DNA of 64,000 nt from Escherichia phage Esco_phi_B-01. Under the pieces are notes generated by a model, which was given only the letters and a program-made list of their open reading frames with translations, searched no databases and had not been told where the DNA came from. Within the stretch, counting starts at the first letter, position 1. Every line of letters begins with the position of its first letter. Position numbers and translations under genes: made by a program. Below, one piece after another: positions 26,893-36,073 of the stretch. The DNA is taken from sequence record OP292222.1; one strand, written 5' to 3'.

Positions 26893-28065
26893 ATGTCTGA
26901 TTTAAAATCCCGTTTGATTAAAGCTTCTACTTCTAAAATGACTGCCGACCTGACCAAATCTAAATTGTTTAATGGTCGTGACGAAGTTCCTACTCGTATT
27001 CCTATGCTTAATATTGCATTGGGTGGTGCGTTGAATGCAGGCTTACAATCAGGTTTGACAATCTTTGCTGCACCGTCTAAACACTTTAAAACGTTGTTTG
27101 GATTAACTATGGTTGCGGCATATATGAAGAAATATCCAGACGCAATTTGCTTGTTCTATGACTCTGAATTCGGTGCTTCAGAATCTTATTTCCGTTCAAT
27201 GGGTGTTGACCTGGAACGTGTGGTTCATACGCCAATCCAGTCAGTCGAACAACTGAAGGTTGACATGACCAACCAATTAGAAGAAATTACTCGTGGCGAA
27301 AAGGTTATTATCTTTATCGACTCCATCGGTAACACTGCTTCTAAGAAAGAAACCGAAGATGCTTTGAACGAGAAAGTTGTAGGTGATATGACTCGTGCTA
27401 AGTCTCTGAAATCTCTGTTCCGTATCGTAACACCTTATCTGACTATCAAGGATATTCCTTGCGTAGCAATTAACCATACGGCTATGGAAATTGGTGGAAT
27501 GTATCCTAAAGAGATTATGGGTGGCGGTACTGGTATTCTGTACTCTGCTTCTACCGTATTCTTTATCTCTAAACGTCAGGTTAAAGATGGTACCGAGCTC
27601 ACTGGTTATGACTTCACCCTGAAGGCCGAAAAATCTCGTACTGTTAAAGAGAAATCAACGTTCCCAATTACTGTGAACTTTGAAGGTGGTATCGACCCAT
27701 TTAGTGGTCTGCTCGAAATGGCTACTGATATTGGCTTTGTTGTGAAACCTAAAGCTGGTTGGTATAATCGTGCATTCCTTGACGAAACCACGGGTGAAAT
27801 GGTTCAAGAAGAAAAATCATGGCGTGCTAAAGCTACCGATTGTGTCGAGTTCTGGGGACCGCTGTTTAAACATGCTCCATTCCGTGAAGCAATCGAGAAT
27901 AAGTATAAGCTCGGTGCAATTAATTCTATTAAAGAAGTCGATGATGCGGTGAACGACCTTATTAACTCTCGTGTCTCTAAGAACGTTGCAGTTAAATTGA
28001 GTGGCGACACTCAAAGCGCAGCTGATATCGAAAACGATTTAGAAGAGATGGATTTAGATGACTGA
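26893..28065 (+). CDS. uvsX: recombinase UvsX (RecA-like)
   Basis: near-identity recalled to T4 UvsX N-terminus (MSDLKSRLIKASTSK...) and throughout. Confidence 0.95.
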   Translation: MSDLKSRLIKASTSKMTADLTKSKLFNGRDEVPTRIPMLNIALGGALNAGLQSGLTIFAAPSKHFKTLFGLTMVAAYMKKYPDAICLFYDSEFGASESYFRSMGVDLERVVHTPIQSVEQLKVDMTNQLEEITRGEKVIIFIDSIGNTASKKETEDALNEKVVGDMTRAKSLKSLFRIVTPYLTIKDIPCVAINHTAMEIGGMYPKEIMGGGTGILYSASTVFFISKRQVKDGTELTGYDFTLKAEKSRTVKEKSTFPITVNFEGGIDPFSGLLEMATDIGFVVKPKAGWYNRAFLDETTGEMVQEEKSWRAKATDCVEFWGPLFKHAPFREAIENKYKLGAINSIKEVDDAVNDLINSRVSKNVAVKLSGDTQSAADIENDLEEMDLDD

Positions 28066-28387
28066 TTTATCTGATTTAGATAATTTTGTTAAAGATACTG
28101 AAGAGGGTCCTAGTGACCCTCGTTATTATGAGAAATCGTTAGATATAATCCGTAAGTCAATGGGTTCTGTTAAGCAGGAAATTATGCTTACATTACCTGA
28201 TGGCACTGCTCACATCGTTTATGTGATGAATATTGTTATTGAGAAAGATGGAAAAGTGTCGGTTGATTTCGGAACGCCTTCCGAAGACCGAAAAGAAGAG
28301 CTAGCGCTTCATGTAGAAAAATGTGTTACAATGCAAATACAAGAAGAACTGGATAAAATTAAATCTAAGAGGTGGTGGAAGTGGTAG
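28058..28387 (+). CDS. 40: gp40-like protein
   Basis: synteny uvsX-40-41; size. Confidence 0.7.
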   Translation: MTDLSDLDNFVKDTEEGPSDPRYYEKSLDIIRKSMGSVKQEIMLTLPDGTAHIVYVMNIVIEKDGKVSVDFGTPSEDRKEELALHVEKCVTMQIQEELDKIKSKRWWKW

Positions 28388-29811
28388 AAACTATTTTGGC
28401 TCAACTGCTAGGCAATAGTGATTATTTCACTAAGGTCTGGCCTTATATGAATGATTCTTATTTTGACCAGGGTCCGGCAAAGACCCTTTTCAAAGAAATC
28501 AAAAAACATGTCAATGAATATAATGCGGTGCCTTCTAAAAATGCTTTGAGTATTGCATTAGATAACAGCACCCTTTCAGAAGTTGAACATCAAGGAGCTA
28601 AAGAGCTTTTAAATTCTCTGAATGCAGGCCCTGAAGACCAAGAATGGTTGGTTAAAGAGACAGAGAAATATGTTCAGAAGGCAGCGATGTATAATGCCAC
28701 TTCAAAAATTATTGAAATTCAAACTAATGCCGACCTTCCGGTTGAGCAACAAAATAGAAAACTCCCAGGTATTGGTGCTATTCCAGATATCATGCGTGAT
28801 GCATTATCGATTTGTTTCGATTCTGAATTAGGCCATGACTGGATGGATGACTATGAAGAACGTTTTAAAAGTTATTCTGATAAAGCACGTAAGGTTCCAT
28901 TCCGTCTTAATATTCTGAATAAGATTACTAAGGGTGGCGCTGAGTTTGGTACTGAAAACGTATTGTTAGCAGGAACAAACGTAGGTAAGTCTCTGGGTCT
29001 GTGTTCATTGGCTGCTGATTACCTTCAATCCGGTTACGATGTTCTTTATATCTCCATGGAGATGGCAGAGGAAGTATGTGCTAAGCGTATCGATGCTAAC
29101 CTTCTAGATGTATCACTGGATGATATTGATGATGGTCACGTCTCATGGCCTGAATATAAAGCCAAGATGGATAAGTGGCGTTCAACTGCTACTTTAGGTC
29201 GTTTAAAGATTAAACAGTATCCTACTGGTGGTGCTAATGCCGATACATTCCGTGCATTATTAAACGAATACAAGCTCAAACAAAACTTTGTCCCACAGGT
29301 CGTTATCGTCGACTACTTGGCCATCTGTGCTTCATCCCGTACGAAAGTTTTCTCTGAAAACAGTTATGGATTGATTAAGATGGTTGCCGAAGAACTACGT
29401 GGACTTGCAGTAGAGAAGAAATTATTGTTGTGGACTGCAGCCCAGACTACTCGTGGCGCGAACGTTGCAGCCGAAATCGATATGGCTGATATCGCTGAAT
29501 CCTTTGGTATTGCACATACTGCAGACTTCATGTTAGGTGTGGTCGAGACAGAAGAGTTTGCTCAGATGGGTATGCAGATGGTTAAGCAGCTTAAATCCCG
29601 TTATGGTGATAAGAGCTACTACAACAAATTTAAGATTGGTGTTAAGAAAGGAAACCAGCGTTGGTATGAAGTTGAAGACGATTCTAACCCAGGCCCAGTG
29701 AACACCGTTCGTGAGGCTACAGGTGAAATGAATCGCCAAGCAGAGGTCAATCGTCAGTCGCGTGTTAATAGAAGCGATTTAGACGATTTAGCAGCATCTA
29801 TCAAATTTTAA
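28381..29811 (+). CDS. 41: replicative DNA helicase gp41 (DnaB-like)
   Basis: Walker A GTNVGKSLGL; similarity recalled to T4 gp41; GTG start (28372/28375/28381 all possible). Confidence 0.92.
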   Translation: MVETILAQLLGNSDYFTKVWPYMNDSYFDQGPAKTLFKEIKKHVNEYNAVPSKNALSIALDNSTLSEVEHQGAKELLNSLNAGPEDQEWLVKETEKYVQKAAMYNATSKIIEIQTNADLPVEQQNRKLPGIGAIPDIMRDALSICFDSELGHDWMDDYEERFKSYSDKARKVPFRLNILNKITKGGAEFGTENVLLAGTNVGKSLGLCSLAADYLQSGYDVLYISMEMAEEVCAKRIDANLLDVSLDDIDDGHVSWPEYKAKMDKWRSTATLGRLKIKQYPTGGANADTFRALLNEYKLKQNFVPQVVIVDYLAICASSRTKVFSENSYGLIKMVAEELRGLAVEKKLLLWTAAQTTRGANVAAEIDMADIAESFGIAHTADFMLGVVETEEFAQMGMQMVKQLKSRYGDKSYYNKFKIGVKKGNQRWYEVEDDSNPGPVNTVREATGEMNRQAEVNRQSRVNRSDLDDLAASIKF

Positions 29812-29832
29812 GGAGCTTCGGCTCCTTTTTTG
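29808..29832 (+). terminator. rho-independent terminator (ggagc-ttcg-gctcc + T7)
   Basis: stem-loop + T-run. Confidence 0.75.
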
Positions 29833-29840
29833 TTTTAAGG

Positions 29841-29869
29841 GTTTACTTCTCCTGTAGGCATGATACTAT
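29841..29869 (+). promoter_or_regulatory. early promoter, PeSL-like (GTTTAC, 17 bp, TACTAT)
   Basis: motif; repeat family. Confidence 0.6.
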
Positions 29870-29895
29870 AGACCTGTCAACTAATGGAGAACAAA

Positions 29896-30213
29896 ATGAA
29901 AACCATCGACTGTAAAGCGGAATATAAAGTGTATTACCATGGAAGTTGTAGTGTTGCTAATATTGGTAATATGCTTTGTCCTCCTGAGGAAACAGGAGTT
30001 CTGTCTGAAACTGGTCGTAAGAAAAACCTGAACCGTGTGTTCTTTACTGAAGATATTGGTTTGGCTAAGATTTATGCTGGCCGAGCTGCTCGTTCGGTGG
30101 GAGGAGAACCTCGTCTTTATCGTGTAATTGCTCCGGTAGATGTGGTTTGTTTAAATGATACCAAAGGCGCTACGGTTTATCACGCTGAATGGGCCTTCTG
30201 TGAGGAAATCTAA
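29896..30213 (+). CDS. hypothetical protein (105 aa)
   Basis: ORF after PeSL; start at second ATG with SD atggag. Confidence 0.5.
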   Translation: MKTIDCKAEYKVYYHGSCSVANIGNMLCPPEETGVLSETGRKKNLNRVFFTEDIGLAKIYAGRAARSVGGEPRLYRVIAPVDVVCLNDTKGATVYHAEWAFCEEI

Positions 30214-30417
30214 ATGTTTAAATTAGAAATCGTAGTGTTTATTGGTTGGTTTGAAAATGGTAATATGTTTACCAAAGAAACTGCGCTGGATGTTAGTGAC
30301 CAAAAAATGATTGAATGGGTTACAGTGCAGTATGCAGAAGTGAATAATGCACTGGTGAAAGCCTTTGTTAATGACAATAAAGTTTTTGAATATGATGCCC
30401 GCATTGAGGAAATCTAA
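30214..30417 (+). CDS. hypothetical protein (67 aa)
   Basis: ORF. Confidence 0.45.
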   Translation: MFKLEIVVFIGWFENGNMFTKETALDVSDQKMIEWVTVQYAEVNNALVKAFVNDNKVFEYDARIEEI

Positions 30418-30558
30418 ATGGAAGAGGTTGAATGTGTAGTATGTGGTTGTTCGGTATGTGAAGACCAGGCGGTATTTGATGCTTGGGACAACGCAACTTG
30501 TTTAGACTGCGATAGCGAATACGAAGAAATTGCTCATAAACATGAAGACGAGGAATAA
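30418..30558 (+). CDS. Cys-rich small protein (46 aa; CVVCGCSVC ... CLDC)
   Basis: ORF below track threshold; zinc-ribbon-like cysteines. Confidence 0.35.
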   Translation: MEEVECVVCGCSVCEDQAVFDAWDNATCLDCDSEYEEIAHKHEDEE

Positions 30559-30798
30559 ATGAATATTGTATTAATGAAGCCGACCTCTAGCTCTTTTTGG
30601 AATAAATCTTTTGGTAAGCATAATATGTTTATCCAACGCACCGTAAGCAGCTGGGAACTAGTTCTTTCAGTCGGTCACAACGATTATGAACAAGAATACG
30701 TAGAGTTCTTCGAATTTCCTGTGAAGCCTACTAAGCGTCAGATTCGTCAGACCAAACATAAATTCCGTAAAATTTATTTGGAAGATTCATTAAAATAA
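30559..30798 (+). CDS. hypothetical basic protein (79 aa)
   Basis: ORF. Confidence 0.45.
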   Translation: MNIVLMKPTSSSFWNKSFGKHNMFIQRTVSSWELVLSVGHNDYEQEYVEFFEFPVKPTKRQIRQTKHKFRKIYLEDSLK

Positions 30799-30799
30799 A

Positions 30800-30829
30800 G
30801 TTTACAACGGTCTATGGTAGTGATACTAT
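30800..30829 (+). promoter_or_regulatory. early promoter, PeSL-like
   Basis: motif; repeat family. Confidence 0.6.
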
Positions 30830-30857
30830 AGACCTATCAACTAATGAGGAGTTAAAA

Positions 30858-31151
30858 ATGAAAAAGTTATTAATCGCAGCAATCCTTACAGTAGCATCAT
30901 GTGGTACAGCTCCAGTTACGGCTGGATTGGATAAAGACCTTTGTGAATGGTCTATGACCGCAGACCAAGAATCAGTTGAACATCAGATTTACGCTGATAT
31001 CATGAATATCACTAAACGTGACCGTCCTGATATGGTTAAAGAAGTATCTGACCAATTGGCTTCTAGCGGTGTTATGCAGTATAACTATGTTCTGTACTGT
31101 GATGCTAATTTCGATAACAAAAATATTGTTAAAGAGGTGATAGGTGAATAA
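30858..31151 (+). CDS. predicted lipoprotein (lipobox VASC)
   Basis: N-terminal MKKLLIAAILTVASCG. Confidence 0.55.
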   Translation: MKKLLIAAILTVASCGTAPVTAGLDKDLCEWSMTADQESVEHQIYADIMNITKRDRPDMVKEVSDQLASSGVMQYNYVLYCDANFDNKNIVKEVIGE

Positions 31152-31584
31152 GATTAACAGAAATTTGGTTATCAAAAAGCTCCGTTGCAAAAATCCAAAT
31201 GCACAAGCATACAGGATGTTTTGGAGCGACGACCACCAGTACCTGGGTTATTTTCTTGTTGATAGTGATGATAGAATTACAATGGCCCATAAACTTCTTA
31301 ACAGAGAATTAAACCATTGGCAAGAACTTATTGCGGTAAGGTCTAAATTATTTTCATGTAATGCAATGCATCAATTGGTTTATTTTTTCGCTGAAGGTAT
31401 TCCTGACAAGGTTGAGTTTGATGGATTCGAATTTAAAGATATCCACCCGGACAACGAATTGAACGACCGCGTTAATATGGATATCCCTAGCAAGTATATC
31501 AAAAACAGTCTGTTGAAAATTCTGGAAGCTCCGGTTTATTCAATTGACGACCAGATTTTTAATGCCTTTATGAACCGAGGTTAA
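31144..31584 (+). CDS. hypothetical protein (146 aa)
   Basis: ORF. Confidence 0.5.
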   Translation: MNKINRNLVIKKLRCKNPNAQAYRMFWSDDHQYLGYFLVDSDDRITMAHKLLNRELNHWQELIAVRSKLFSCNAMHQLVYFFAEGIPDKVEFDGFEFKDIHPDNELNDRVNMDIPSKYIKNSLLKILEAPVYSIDDQIFNAFMNRG

Positions 31585-31585
31585 T

Positions 31586-31777
31586 ATGACTGCAATGTGT
31601 ACGGGCTCTAAGATTTCTGTATTCGAACTGTTCGAAGAATATGAAATCGTATCAAAAGACCAAGAAGCTATCCATATTATTGCCGGTGATGGCGTAACTT
31701 GGATTATCCCACTTTACCACGAAGATACATATGAAGTCACTGATGCAAATGGTGATAAAGCTATTTTCGTAATATAA
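31586..31777 (+). CDS. hypothetical protein (63 aa)
   Basis: ORF. Confidence 0.45.
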   Translation: MTAMCTGSKISVFELFEEYEIVSKDQEAIHIIAGDGVTWIIPLYHEDTYEVTDANGDKAIFVI

Positions 31778-31780
31778 ATA
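31773..31780 (+). promoter_or_regulatory. T4-type late promoter TATAAATA
   Basis: exact octamer; unusually close (13 nt) to downstream ATG. Confidence 0.45.
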
Positions 31781-31793
31781 AGGCCAGGAGCCT

Positions 31794-31955
31794 ATGAAAT
31801 CTTTTAAAGAAGTTATGAACGAAGATATGGTCGCAGGCGATGCTGGTGGAAATCCATCTAATATTGCCTCCGGAACTACCTCAGGCGCAGTCGTCAACAA
31901 AGGGCCTGAACAAATCCCATCTAAAAAGCGTAAAGAAAAATCCGAAAACGAATGA
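31794..31955 (+). CDS. small late protein with capsid-targeting-sequence-like N-terminus (MKSFKEVMNE)
   Basis: resembles CTS MKTYQEFIAE of T4 internal proteins; SD aggag; late promoter upstream. Confidence 0.45.
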   Translation: MKSFKEVMNEDMVAGDAGGNPSNIASGTTSGAVVNKGPEQIPSKKRKEKSENE

Positions 31956-31993
31956 TATAATGGCTCTATTAATTTAGAGCCCAAGGAAAAATA

Positions 31994-33022
31994 ATGTCAT
32001 ATGTCGATAGAGAATTTGCTGTACGTGCCTTGAATTACCAACCTAAATTCAGACAAGTAACTGGTAGTGATTTTAAATTAAACTGTCGTTGTCGTGTATG
32101 CGGCGACTCCCAAAAGGATGAGAACAAAGCTCGATTCTGGGCCTATCCAGCCAATGACGGCTCTGTAATGCTACACTGTTTTAACTGTGATTATTCGGCA
32201 GGAATTAAGAAGTACCTATACGAATATGAGCCTGATTTATATCGCGAATATATTCTTGAGAAACATAAAGAGCAATCGTTCGGGAGACAAGCTGCGCCTA
32301 AGGTGGAGATATCTGAAAAAATTAAAGCTAAGATGCCTGTCATTGAAAAGCTTAATTTCTGTGAACGATTAGATAGAATGCCGAAAGACCATCCTATTAT
32401 TAAGTATGTAACTCTGCGGTGCATTCCTGAAAATAAATGGAATCGGTTATGGTTTACTAAAGAATGGCCTGCATTGGTGAATTCTGTTAATCCAGGGACA
32501 TATTCCAAAGAAATGCCTGAACCACGTTTGGTTATTCCAATTTTCAATAAGAATAAACAAATTGAAAGTTTTCAGGGCCGAGCCTTACGTAAAGATGCTC
32601 CACAAAAATATATTACAATAAAAGCTCATGACCAAGCTACAAAAATATATGGAATGGATACAGTTGACGAACGTCAATTGGTGTGGGTAATGGAAGGTCC
32701 TATTGATTCATTATTCGTACCTAATGCAATAGCAATTACTGGTGGGTCGTTGGACTTGGCTATGGTTCCATGTAAAGAAACTCGTGCCTGGGTAATGGAC
32801 AATGAACCCCGTCATCCTGACACAATTAAGCGTATGCAACGATTAGTTGATGCCGGCGAAAGGGTCCTATTCTGGGACAAGGCCCCATGGCCTTCTAAAG
32901 ATATAAATGATATGGTTATGAAAGATAAAGCTGATATAAATGATGTATTGGCATATATGAAAGCTAATATAGCCCAAGGGTTAATGGCAAAAATGAGGCT
33001 TTCAAAATATTCTAAAATTTAG
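31994..33022 (+). CDS. 61: DNA primase gp61
   Basis: N-terminal zinc ribbon (CRCRVCGDS ... CFNCDY), TOPRIM-like core; synteny. Confidence 0.88.
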   Translation: MSYVDREFAVRALNYQPKFRQVTGSDFKLNCRCRVCGDSQKDENKARFWAYPANDGSVMLHCFNCDYSAGIKKYLYEYEPDLYREYILEKHKEQSFGRQAAPKVEISEKIKAKMPVIEKLNFCERLDRMPKDHPIIKYVTLRCIPENKWNRLWFTKEWPALVNSVNPGTYSKEMPEPRLVIPIFNKNKQIESFQGRALRKDAPQKYITIKAHDQATKIYGMDTVDERQLVWVMEGPIDSLFVPNAIAITGGSLDLAMVPCKETRAWVMDNEPRHPDTIKRMQRLVDAGERVLFWDKAPWPSKDINDMVMKDKADINDVLAYMKANIAQGLMAKMRLSKYSKI

Positions 33023-33219
33023 ACAGGAACTCCGCTAAAGAATCCAATTATGCTTAATACGTGTTCCATTGTAACCGCTGGTAAAATTACCCCTTGGCTA
33101 GCGGCTACAGGAACTACTAAAAGATTCCAAAGGAATACGTCTAGCGCAAGAAAACCTAACATCATTTTCTTGTCTTTCTTTTCAGCCAATTTCCAGATTT
33201 GGTAAAAAATACTACCCAT
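33019..33219 (-). CDS. small membrane protein (66 aa) on opposite strand
   Basis: minus-strand ORF with strong SD aggagga 5 nt upstream of ATG; hydrophobic. Confidence 0.5.
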   Translation of the reverse strand: MGSIFYQIWKLAEKKDKKMMLGFLALDVFLWNLLVVPVAASQGVILPAVTMEHVLSIIGFFSGVPV

Positions 33220-33313
33220 GTTATCCTCCTGTTAAATTAATATTTATTCGCTTTAATCTAGCAGTTTATAATTATCTAACTTACTAACAAATGAATTGAT
33301 AAGGAAAAATATA

Positions 33314-33835
33314 ATGGCTCATTTTAATGAATGTTCTCAACTGATTGCCGGTGCCGATAAAGCTGAAGAAGCTTATTTTAATGCTCTGATTCACGAAGAT
33401 AAAGACCCTCTGCAGGTTATGCTTGATATGCAGAAATCTTTGCAGGTTCGTTTAGCTAAAGATAAGCCTGAATATAATCGTCATCCTGATGATTTGGCCA
33501 CTGCGGGTGAAGTTGTCGATTGGCTTCGCAACCAGAAAGATTATATTGATGACGAATTCCGTGAACTTCTGACTTCTCTTGGTGGTATGAGCAATGGTGA
33601 AAAAGATGCATCTGCAGTATGGAAGCCTTGGAAAGCTCAACATGCTGAACGTCGTGAAACCCTGATTAACGATTTGTCTCCTGAAGACCAGCTCGAAATT
33701 AAATTCGAAATGATTGATATTCTGCACTTTGTTCTGAATATGTTCCAGGGTCTTGGACTGACTGCTGAAGAAATCTTTAAACTGTATTATCTTAAAAATG
33801 CCGAGAACTTTGCTCGTCAAGACCGAGGTTATTAA
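33314..33835 (+). CDS. 56: dCTP/dUTP pyrophosphatase gp56 (MazG-like)
   Basis: strong similarity recalled to T4 gp56 (MAHFNEC..., DPLQVMLDMQ, CIDDEFRELLTSLG, EEIFKLYYLKN). Confidence 0.9.
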   Translation: MAHFNECSQLIAGADKAEEAYFNALIHEDKDPLQVMLDMQKSLQVRLAKDKPEYNRHPDDLATAGEVVDWLRNQKDYIDDEFRELLTSLGGMSNGEKDASAVWKPWKAQHAERRETLINDLSPEDQLEIKFEMIDILHFVLNMFQGLGLTAEEIFKLYYLKNAENFARQDRGY

Positions 33836-33837
33836 GT

Positions 33838-33845
33838 TATAAATA
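33838..33845 (+). promoter_or_regulatory. T4-type late promoter TATAAATA upstream of soc
   Basis: exact octamer about 30 nt upstream of soc ATG. Confidence 0.6.
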
Positions 33846-33876
33846 CACCTGTAATTAAACAACAAAGGAGTTAATT

Positions 33877-34110
33877 ATGGGTGGTTTCGTTAATATCAAA
33901 ACCTTTACGCATCCAGCTGGTGAAGGTAAAGAAGTTAAAGGTACTGAGGTTTCAGTTCCGTTTGAAATCTATTCAAATGAGCATCGTATTGCCAATGCTC
34001 ATTATCAGACTTTCCCTTCGGCCGTTGCAGCCTATACTACTGTAGTGACTGATGCAGCCGATTGGCGAACTAAGAACGCGGCGATGTTTACGCCTACCGA
34101 TATTGTTTAA
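33877..34110 (+). CDS. soc: small outer capsid protein Soc
   Basis: similarity recalled to T4 Soc (VNIKTF, AHYQTFPS..AAY). Confidence 0.85.
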   Translation: MGGFVNIKTFTHPAGEGKEVKGTEVSVPFEIYSNEHRIANAHYQTFPSAVAAYTTVVTDAADWRTKNAAMFTPTDIV

Positions 34111-34114
34111 TTAT

Positions 34115-34139
34115 AAGGAACCTTCGGGTTCCTTTTTTC
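34115..34139 (+). terminator. rho-independent terminator (aggaacc-ttcg-ggttcct + T6)
   Basis: stem-loop + T-run. Confidence 0.75.
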
Positions 34140-34204
34140 GTTTTAGTAGTTTACTTTACGAGTAGGCCATGTTAAGATAGATGTATCTTATAGAGGAGAA
34201 CACT

Positions 34205-34414
34205 ATGTTAAATCGTTGGATTAAACCAAATAAAACTTTGGATGAAATTATCGCTAATCACGTATTGAAAAAGTACTTCTATACTCCTTGGTATACCGAA
34301 GTTATTGTCCATTCATTTATGATGCATGAAGACGGTTCTATCGAATTTAACGCCGAAATCCGTCACGAGACTGATGATATTGATAAAGTTGAATTTAAAC
34401 GAGGTTTCCTATGA
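34205..34414 (+). CDS. hypothetical protein (69 aa)
   Basis: ORF; start at ATG after SD gaggag. Confidence 0.5.
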   Translation: MLNRWIKPNKTLDEIIANHVLKKYFYTPWYTEVIVHSFMMHEDGSIEFNAEIRHETDDIDKVEFKRGFL

Positions 34415-34758
34415 TTCAGTGGCTTAAGAATTTTTTCAAAATTAGACCGGGCGAAGGCGCGGTCCCTATTAGGCCTTCAGATGTCAAGCTAAGAGAATAT
34501 GTTTATATGGGCGACGGTATGATGGAAGAAGTTATCCGTCAGCCTGAAAAAGCAGGCAATGTTGGGTCTCACGCTTCGAGCTTAAATGCCGACGAATTAA
34601 AAGCCCGTTTAGAAAAATTAAAAGACGAGCGAGCGCAAAGGCAAAATTATATTGATACCACTCCTATTATGGTTGCGGCTGCCGTTAGTTCTTGGACCGG
34701 CGATTCGTCTTATTCTGACTCAGGAAGCTGTGACTCATCGTCCGGCTCGTGTGATTAA
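34411..34758 (+). CDS. hypothetical protein (115 aa), Ser/Cys/Asp-rich C-terminus
   Basis: ORF. Confidence 0.5.
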   Translation: MIQWLKNFFKIRPGEGAVPIRPSDVKLREYVYMGDGMMEEVIRQPEKAGNVGSHASSLNADELKARLEKLKDERAQRQNYIDTTPIMVAAAVSSWTGDSSYSDSGSCDSSSGSCD

Positions 34759-34958
34759 TGAAACCTTTATCATGGCTTAAAGATTGGCTAGACCGTCCTG
34801 GTGATTATCTTGATGACGGTTGGTTAGACCAAGCTAATGCAGAAATGAAACGTGAATCCGAGGAATGGATTCTTAAAGGCATCCGTGACGAACGCGAAAA
34901 GAAATTAGAACGCGAGGCCCTTAGGATTATGCGTGATATCTATGGGGACAAATCATGA
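34758..34958 (+). CDS. hypothetical protein (66 aa)
   Basis: ORF. Confidence 0.45.
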   Translation: MKPLSWLKDWLDRPGDYLDDGWLDQANAEMKRESEEWILKGIRDEREKKLEREALRIMRDIYGDKS

Positions 34959-35108
34959 CTATTGGAGAAGCTGAAGCACGTACTAAAGAGGCAATGGATT
35001 TGCTTCTTAAAATTGGTAGTAAAATGATGGAAGAAAACGAGAAATACATCCAGGAAAATAAAATTCCGGATGGTCCTTTAGTAGGTAAACTAAAAAGAGG
35101 AAAACATA

Positions 35109-35600
35109 ATGAAAGTCTATGAACTCGAATTCCATGTACGTGATTCATCAGGCCAAACGCGTCCTTATGATGCTACGGCGTGTCTTATCTTTGTCGACAA
35201 TGGTATGAATTCTATAACCCAGTTAGAAACACGATTAAAAGATATTAAGCTGCCAGAAAATATTCTGATGAAGGCTTACCATAACAAAAATGTTGATGTC
35301 GCTGAGGGATGCCCTTTTAGTGTGGCTCAAGCCTTGCATATCAAAGGCTATCGTTACCCGGCAGACCCTTATGCCGAAGGAACAATGGATATTTTCTATA
35401 AAGATAGAGATAGAATGGCTACTGAACGTCTTAAAGGTCGTACTTATCTGATTTCTACCGTCGAAGACCTGACGGAGGTAGAATGTCAGATTTGGAAACA
35501 CTTTGATATTGGTTTGCGTTTTACCCCGACCGAAGAAGCTATTCGTGATGCTAAGTTACGAGCTCGTATGTATGGTTATGGTCCTATCGGTGGTTACTAA
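35109..35600 (+). CDS. hypothetical protein (163 aa)
   Basis: ORF with SD aagagga. Confidence 0.55.
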   Translation: MKVYELEFHVRDSSGQTRPYDATACLIFVDNGMNSITQLETRLKDIKLPENILMKAYHNKNVDVAEGCPFSVAQALHIKGYRYPADPYAEGTMDIFYKDRDRMATERLKGRTYLISTVEDLTEVECQIWKHFDIGLRFTPTEEAIRDAKLRARMYGYGPIGGY

Positions 35601-35788
35601 TGGACTTATTTGATATGTTTGTCATTCCGGACCCTGAGCCTGAAACAACTCAGGAGCCGCCTATTGACCTTGTCAATGAACTTGATATGATTATACAGAA
35701 GCACGGCTTTAAGTTGCCTAAAGATGCCCTGGCTGACCTAGCTTCTTACTATCAAGACCCTCCACCCTGGGCTCCTTGGGTAAAATAA
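35600..35788 (+). CDS. hypothetical acidic protein (62 aa)
   Basis: ORF. Confidence 0.45.
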   Translation: MDLFDMFVIPDPEPETTQEPPIDLVNELDMIIQKHGFKLPKDALADLASYYQDPPPWAPWVK

Positions 35789-36021
35789 TGAATTGGCTAA
35801 CTAATATACCTACATCGGCGTTGGATATCGACCGTAAACAAGCTCGTAAGGAAACCGAGCAAAAAAATATTCAGGCAAAAGCTCCTAAGATTGAAGTTGA
35901 GAAGCCAGAAACAAAAAGCTCTTATGAATCAAAAAGCTCCTATACTTCATATACCCAATCCTCATTAGGCATGGCTGCCGACATTGCGGTGTTTGGCGTC
36001 CCACTTGGTGTGTTTAAGTAG
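35788..36021 (+). CDS. hypothetical protein (77 aa), C-terminal hydrophobic
   Basis: ORF. Confidence 0.45.
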   Translation: MNWLTNIPTSALDIDRKQARKETEQKNIQAKAPKIEVEKPETKSSYESKSSYTSYTQSSLGMAADIAVFGVPLGVFK

Positions 36022-36049
36022 TTTACATCTCCTCCCTTCATGTTATAAT
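36021..36049 (+). promoter_or_regulatory. early promoter (GTTTAC, 17 bp, TATAAT)
   Basis: motif. Confidence 0.6.
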
Positions 36050-36073
36050 GACCTCTAAATCACTGGAGGTCAT

